A DNA stretch of 64,000 bases from Nematocida ausubeli (taxonomy: Eukaryota): contig NW_026515640.1 of the NCBI RefSeq assembly GCF_000738915.1, positions 1 to 64,000 of the forward strand, read 5' to 3'. Of this stretch, positions 59,356 to 64,000 are shown in pieces. A program made the position numbers and the translations under genes. The stretch's first letter is position 1, and each line of letters begins with the position of its first letter. The notes beneath the pieces are model-generated. The model did no database searches and was not told the origin of the DNA. It saw only the letters and a list, made by a program, of their open reading frames with translations.

Positions 59356-60861
59356 ATGAAAGTTACAATACTTGGGGCAGGCCAGGATATAGGAAGATCT
59401 TGCGTTGTAGTGTCCATACAGAATAAGACAATAATGTTTGACTGCGGAATGCACATGGGTCACTCAGATCACCGCAGATTCCCGGATTTTAAACTCCTTG
59501 GGGCAGGCCCATACACAGGCGTAATTGACTGCGTAATTATAACGCATTTTCATATGGACCACTGTGGTGGTCTCCCATACTTCACCGAGAGATGCAAATA
59601 TGCAGGGCCCATATACATGACACCCCCAACAAAAGCAGTCCTCCCAATTATCCTGCAGGATTACTGCAAGGTCTACAATGAAAGAGATGATTCCAGCAAG
59701 TTCCAGTACCCCACATATAACGAAGAGAATATTAAGGCATGTATGAAGAAGGTCATTCCAATTGCAATGGATGAAACAGTAGAAATTGAAAAAGACTTCA
59801 CAATTACGCCGTACTATGCAGGACATGTCTTAGGGGCTGCAATGTTTCATGTGAGAGTAGGGGATGAGTCTGTCGTATACACAGGAGACTACAATATGAC
59901 ACCAGACAGGCACCTGGATGGAGCATGGATGCCAAAAGTCTACCCGAATGTTTTGATCACAGAGAGCACCTACGCCCTGCTTGTCAGAGACTGCAGGAGA
60001 GAGAAAGAGAGGGAATTTATTGAGTCCGTTGTGCAGTGTGTTAAGAATGGTGGGAAGGTGCTTATTCCTGTATTTGCCTTGGGGCGTGCACATGAACTGT
60101 GCCTTCTCCTGGATACGCACTGGGAAAAGTCAAAGTTATCCATTCCCATCTACACTTCTGCCACTCTGACGCACAAAGCAAATGACATATACAAACAGTT
60201 CATAGATTACACGCATGAGCACATAAGAAATACGATGCACAAGAGAAATCTGTTTGATTTCCAGCACGTAAAACAATTTGACTCAAATCTGGCCAGTCTG
60301 GAGGGACCTATGATCCTTTTTTCCTCCCCGGGTATGCTGCACTCTGGGCCCAGTCTGTCAATTTTCAAGAAGTGGTGCGGTGACCCAAAGAATATGGTGA
60401 TATTCCCGGGTTACTGTGTCCGTGGTACAATTGGGGAAAGGGTCTTGAATGGGGCTAGTCAGATTGAAGTGGGTGGGATAGTTTATCCAGTGCGCATGAA
60501 AGTGAAGAATATGCCATTTAGTGCACATGCAGATCAGAAGGGAATTCTGTCACTCGTGCAGCAATGTGAGCCTGAGAATATTATTCTTGTGCATGGGGAT
60601 ATCATGAGAATGAAGCGAATGAAGAATATCCTGGAGACTACCCTGGGGATACCCACACTGCACCCTCCAATTGGTGCCACTTTGAATATTGAGAGACCAA
60701 AGCACACGACAGCAAGCATCACCAAGGAGTCACTCGAATATTTGCAAAGTAGCAACGGAAAGACAATTGAAGGTATCATGAAAGGGTCCCTAGTGGAGTG
60801 CAATGGGCGCTCTCATTTGGTTATTTCATCCTGTAGTAATAATGTCATATACGATGAATAA
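59356..60861 (+). CDS. INTS11: beta-CASP metallo-beta-lactamase endonuclease, INTS11/CPSF3L type
   Basis: GAGQDIGRSC, DCGMHMG..D.RRFPDF, THFHMDHCG, YAGHVLGAAMF, YTGDYNMTPDRHL, FSAHAD. The GMHMG and RRFPDF signatures fit INTS11 rather than CPSF73. Confidence 0.85.
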   Translation: MKVTILGAGQDIGRSCVVVSIQNKTIMFDCGMHMGHSDHRRFPDFKLLGAGPYTGVIDCVIITHFHMDHCGGLPYFTERCKYAGPIYMTPPTKAVLPIILQDYCKVYNERDDSSKFQYPTYNEENIKACMKKVIPIAMDETVEIEKDFTITPYYAGHVLGAAMFHVRVGDESVVYTGDYNMTPDRHLDGAWMPKVYPNVLITESTYALLVRDCRREKEREFIESVVQCVKNGGKVLIPVFALGRAHELCLLLDTHWEKSKLSIPIYTSATLTHKANDIYKQFIDYTHEHIRNTMHKRNLFDFQHVKQFDSNLASLEGPMILFSSPGMLHSGPSLSIFKKWCGDPKNMVIFPGYCVRGTIGERVLNGASQIEVGGIVYPVRMKVKNMPFSAHADQKGILSLVQQCEPENIILVHGDIMRMKRMKNILETTLGIPTLHPPIGATLNIERPKHTTASITKESLEYLQSSNGKTIEGIMKGSLVECNGRSHLVISSCSNNVIYDE

Positions 60862-60999
60862 ACCTCATAATATCCAGGTAAGTATTATTATTGCACCCCT
60901 TGATAAATAAATGTGTTCTGTTATATCTGTTTAGTGATGATATTTTTGTTTAGTAGAGGTGAAAATATTTCTGTTAATTTCTGAATATACATATACTAG

Positions 61000-61430
61000 T
61001 AGAGTGGAATATAATTGGTATGTATTGGGATATACACTAATATATTCTAGTACAACGGGATATAATTAAATTTGACAGGATATACTCTAGTACAACAGAA
61101 TATAGTGGGATATAATTGAATATACTATAGTACAATGAGATATAATTGGATATAATTGGATATAACTAATTATTATTAGTGCACTAACACTCAACAAAGA
61201 AACTTTAACTTAAAAATACACCATAGTACAACAGAATACACCATAATACAACAGAATACACTATAATACACTATAATACAATTGGATAATTCGACTATTC
61301 TGTGCATGCATCTGCGTATTAGTCTGTGTATTAATCTGATACGTTGTAAAGTATACAAATCTATCATGAAATATCTTGCAATATATCCGGATATAACCCG
61401 ATATATCCCATATATAACCATGTTTATCCC
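61000..61430 (+). repeat. Low-complexity spacer array (gatataattg; acaacagaatacac; 10-bp atataacccg-like units)
   Basis: Repeated units by eye; atatatccgg atataacccg atatatccca tatataacca at 61381-61420. Confidence 0.6.
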
Positions 61431-61628
61431 ATATAAATATATCCTAATACACCCATATACATATATACACCCATATATATATATACACTCTAATTATCCT
61501 TTTATACTCCCCTTCATGTCAACATAAACACCTTTTGTCTTGTGAATGTAGTAGACTTCTGGTGCACAAAACCAAATGAAACAGTTTGGTTTCGGGTAAA
61601 CAATAAAACCAGTAGGAAATGAACCTGG

Positions 61629-63428
61629 ATGCATAATTCACCTGAAGAGAAAAGCACTCACTCTGGGTCTAACTCAAATGAAATGAGCAGCAAAGAAATG
61701 ACACCCTCTGAGGAAGTAGATTCAGCAGCAGATGAAAGAAACGAAGATAATTTCAATTGGTTCGAAGACACAGCAGACTTCGGGTTTGAAGACGTAGATG
61801 ACCTGCCTAAGCATAAAAGCATAACTAAAACCATAAGCAAGAGAATTATCCCAGCCACAGCTGTGCTAATTGGACTGGGCATTCTTTCCTTGGTCTTGCT
61901 CAATTTCATTCCCCTTAGGATGCGGGAAGTGCACGGGTTTCTACTGAAGCACATAATTATCCTTATAATTATCCTTGCATTCCTGCTGATACTCACGAAG
62001 TTAGTCATACACGGAGCATATATCTTATGCAGAGACAACATAACAGACAATAATATCCTGCATAATAAGAAGCTTAAGCTAAAGATAGTATTTGGCTGCT
62101 GGTTCTTTGAGATGATTCCAGTGGGCATACAGATATCTGGATATATCCCATGGGCACGCACTATACTTGATAGAATATTCGTGTGTGGCTTCCTGTCGAT
62201 TCTTGCTCTAATTGGGAAGGGAATTCTGATAGAACTGTTCCGGGAAAGATTTCTCTCTGGGAGTCTGAAGGACAAGGCAAAGGACGTGGAAATTAAGAAC
62301 AGAATCATTAATACCATGCGGGAGTACTGCTATGAAGAACAAAGTGAAGAAATTGAGCAAAGACTTTCTTCTTGCTTCTTGGTGAGCTGCTTGAATGGAG
62401 ACGAAGATGATGCCAGCCAAAATAATAATGAAGGCATGGACTTCATAAAGGGAGATGTGGACAGTGTCATAGGAGACGTATTCACTAAATCTATCTTTGA
62501 GAAAAATCAAATGACACAGCATGAGATCCTGTCACTCGCCAGGGACGTATTCACAAAGTGCTCAAAGAACCAGAAGTACATCACATTCAATGACTTCTGC
62601 GAAATATTCCCAAGCTCTCAGGCAGCCATCCAAGCATTCCTGTACTTTGACATCTCAGATGATAAAAATATCTCAAGGAAGGAGATACGTGATACACTCG
62701 GTATGTTCCACTACAACAGAAAGAACCTTCAGACAAGTTTCCACAGTTTAAATAACTTCATTGTAGTACTTGATAACTTAGCCTTAATTGTCACAATAAT
62801 CCCACTTATTGTGCTATATTTAATTGTGCTTGGTTTCCCTGTTAAGCAGCTCCTTGCATTCTCACTGAGCAGTGCCCTTATCCTGAACTTCTTCATTAGT
62901 GGAGTTGCAAAGGACTTCTGGCTGAATACGTCCTTTGTCATCACGCACCCATACGACATAGGAGATGACGTGATAATTGATGGAAAGGACTACGTTATTT
63001 ATAGGACAAGTCTCTATAAGACGGAAGTACTTGCAATTGACGGAGGAAAGATCTCTTTCCTGAACAAGGCCCTGTGGAATAAGAGCATCATAAATATGAC
63101 ACGTGCCCCGCATAAACTCATCCATATAACATTCAGTCTGACCCCACTTATATCCAAAGAGAAGTTCAAGGTCATGAAGAAGCACATCCTGCAGTATCTT
63201 AGGGCAAAGAATGACATATTCTACGAGACATTCACAATTCAGTCAGAGACAGAGACAGTCTGCAAGATACAAGGGCATACATGTGTGCTTGTCACTAGAT
63301 GCAGATCACTTGGTAGTAAAATGGCTAAATTAGAGCAGAAAATAGAGCTAGTAAGATATCTGAAGGAACTGCTGAAGGAGCTTAAAGTAGAAGGGCCTGC
63401 GCCAAAGGCAAAAGAGAAGAAGAAATAG
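61629..63428 (+). CDS. Mechanosensitive channel MscS family with EF-hand-like loop
   Basis: Several TMs; FDISDDKNISRKE EF-hand-like loop; FVITHPYDIGDDVII and NKSIINMTRAP MscS motifs. Confidence 0.9.
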   Translation: MHNSPEEKSTHSGSNSNEMSSKEMTPSEEVDSAADERNEDNFNWFEDTADFGFEDVDDLPKHKSITKTISKRIIPATAVLIGLGILSLVLLNFIPLRMREVHGFLLKHIIILIIILAFLLILTKLVIHGAYILCRDNITDNNILHNKKLKLKIVFGCWFFEMIPVGIQISGYIPWARTILDRIFVCGFLSILALIGKGILIELFRERFLSGSLKDKAKDVEIKNRIINTMREYCYEEQSEEIEQRLSSCFLVSCLNGDEDDASQNNNEGMDFIKGDVDSVIGDVFTKSIFEKNQMTQHEILSLARDVFTKCSKNQKYITFNDFCEIFPSSQAAIQAFLYFDISDDKNISRKEIRDTLGMFHYNRKNLQTSFHSLNNFIVVLDNLALIVTIIPLIVLYLIVLGFPVKQLLAFSLSSALILNFFISGVAKDFWLNTSFVITHPYDIGDDVIIDGKDYVIYRTSLYKTEVLAIDGGKISFLNKALWNKSIINMTRAPHKLIHITFSLTPLISKEKFKVMKKHILQYLRAKNDIFYETFTIQSETETVCKIQGHTCVLVTRCRSLGSKMAKLEQKIELVRYLKELLKELKVEGPAPKAKEKKK

Positions 63429-63756
63429 TTCTGGTTCTTTGTGTTGAAAGGAGGTTAAATTTAAAGTGTGTCAGAACCTTACCACTCATCAATACTCAGA
63501 CTGGGGCGGCTTTTATCTTCATCCACAAGTTACACTCAACATAAAAAATATTTTTATTTATAGTTTTATTTTTCCAGAAGAATTCTTTTTTAATTTAAAT
63601 AAAGACTGTTAGTTGTATTGTTATATTGTGGGTTTATACCATTATAGTGTGACTTTATATTGTGGGTTTATACTGTGATTATTTCTCGTTATAACCCGAA
63701 TTCTTGTTATGTATGGGTATTAAATAAACAAATCCTGCTATAACTGGTGCATCGCT

Positions 63757-64000
63757 GACTAACATAATTCTTTAATTTTGCTAGCCTATATTCCCGTATA
63801 TAACCTAGACTAACATAATCTTTTTTTATAAATCGACAACCCCATTTTCCCGTATATAACCTAGACTAACTTCCCTTCATTTTTTTTAATTTTACTAGCC
63901 CATATTCCCGTATATAACCTAGACTAAGTTCTCTTCATTTTTTTATAAATCGACAACCCCATATCCCCGTATATGACTATGACTAACATAATCTTTTTTA
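63757..64000 (+). repeat. 56-59 bp tandem repeat with alternating A/B variants (runs off the window end)
   Basis: Core cccgtatataacctagactaa at 63793, 63849 and 63907, variant at 63966. Intervening segments alternate between ...taatttt(g/a)ctagcc and ...ataaatcgacaacccc. Confidence 0.88.

Noticed and set aside
60877..60934. AG|GTAAGT donor-like site followed by TTAG
   Set aside because: Lies after the INTS11 stop codon, with no clear branch point and no downstream exon.
9131..63699. TAACCC read as interstitial telomeric repeats
   Set aside because: Never occurs as (TAACCC)n; the recurrent form is followed by GA with a 10-bp period, so it is treated as a distinct motif.
63793..63986. CRISPR-like pattern of a constant core with variable spacers
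   Set aside because: Spacers are alternating copies of each other, there are no cas genes, and the context is eukaryotic; it is a tandem repeat.

Overview
Compact eukaryotic DNA with no introns detected, most consistent with a microsporidian of the Nematocida type. The evidence is divergent, shortened fungal-like housekeeping genes, AT-rich spacers and a member of a Nematocida-type secreted family; this is inference, no database search was run. About 30 protein genes. Recognisable ones: SulP-type transporter, CDC45, MRE11, AFG2/Drg1-like AAA ATPase, Bir1/survivin-like protein, BCP1, midasin, a PUF protein, SNF5/SFH1, HRD1, a multi-RRM protein, an ankyrin protein, V-ATPase G, eIF5, CysRS, PI4-kinase STT4, RPA49, CCT8, a homeobox protein, an INTS11-like nuclease and MscS. 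There are also several lineage-specific secreted or membrane proteins. The main unexplained signals are: (1) the motif TAACCCGA, 20 exact copies by eye, all intergenic and present in nearly every long spacer; (2) a dispersed CTACTAG-minisatellite element between convergent genes; (3) head-to-head housekeeping pairs with 0-77 bp between start codons; (4) a GC-rich multi-stem candidate ncRNA at about 2.3 kb; (5) a Gly-X-Y repeat protein with a frameshifted, decaying 3' end. No tRNA, rRNA, CRISPR array or transposase was found.
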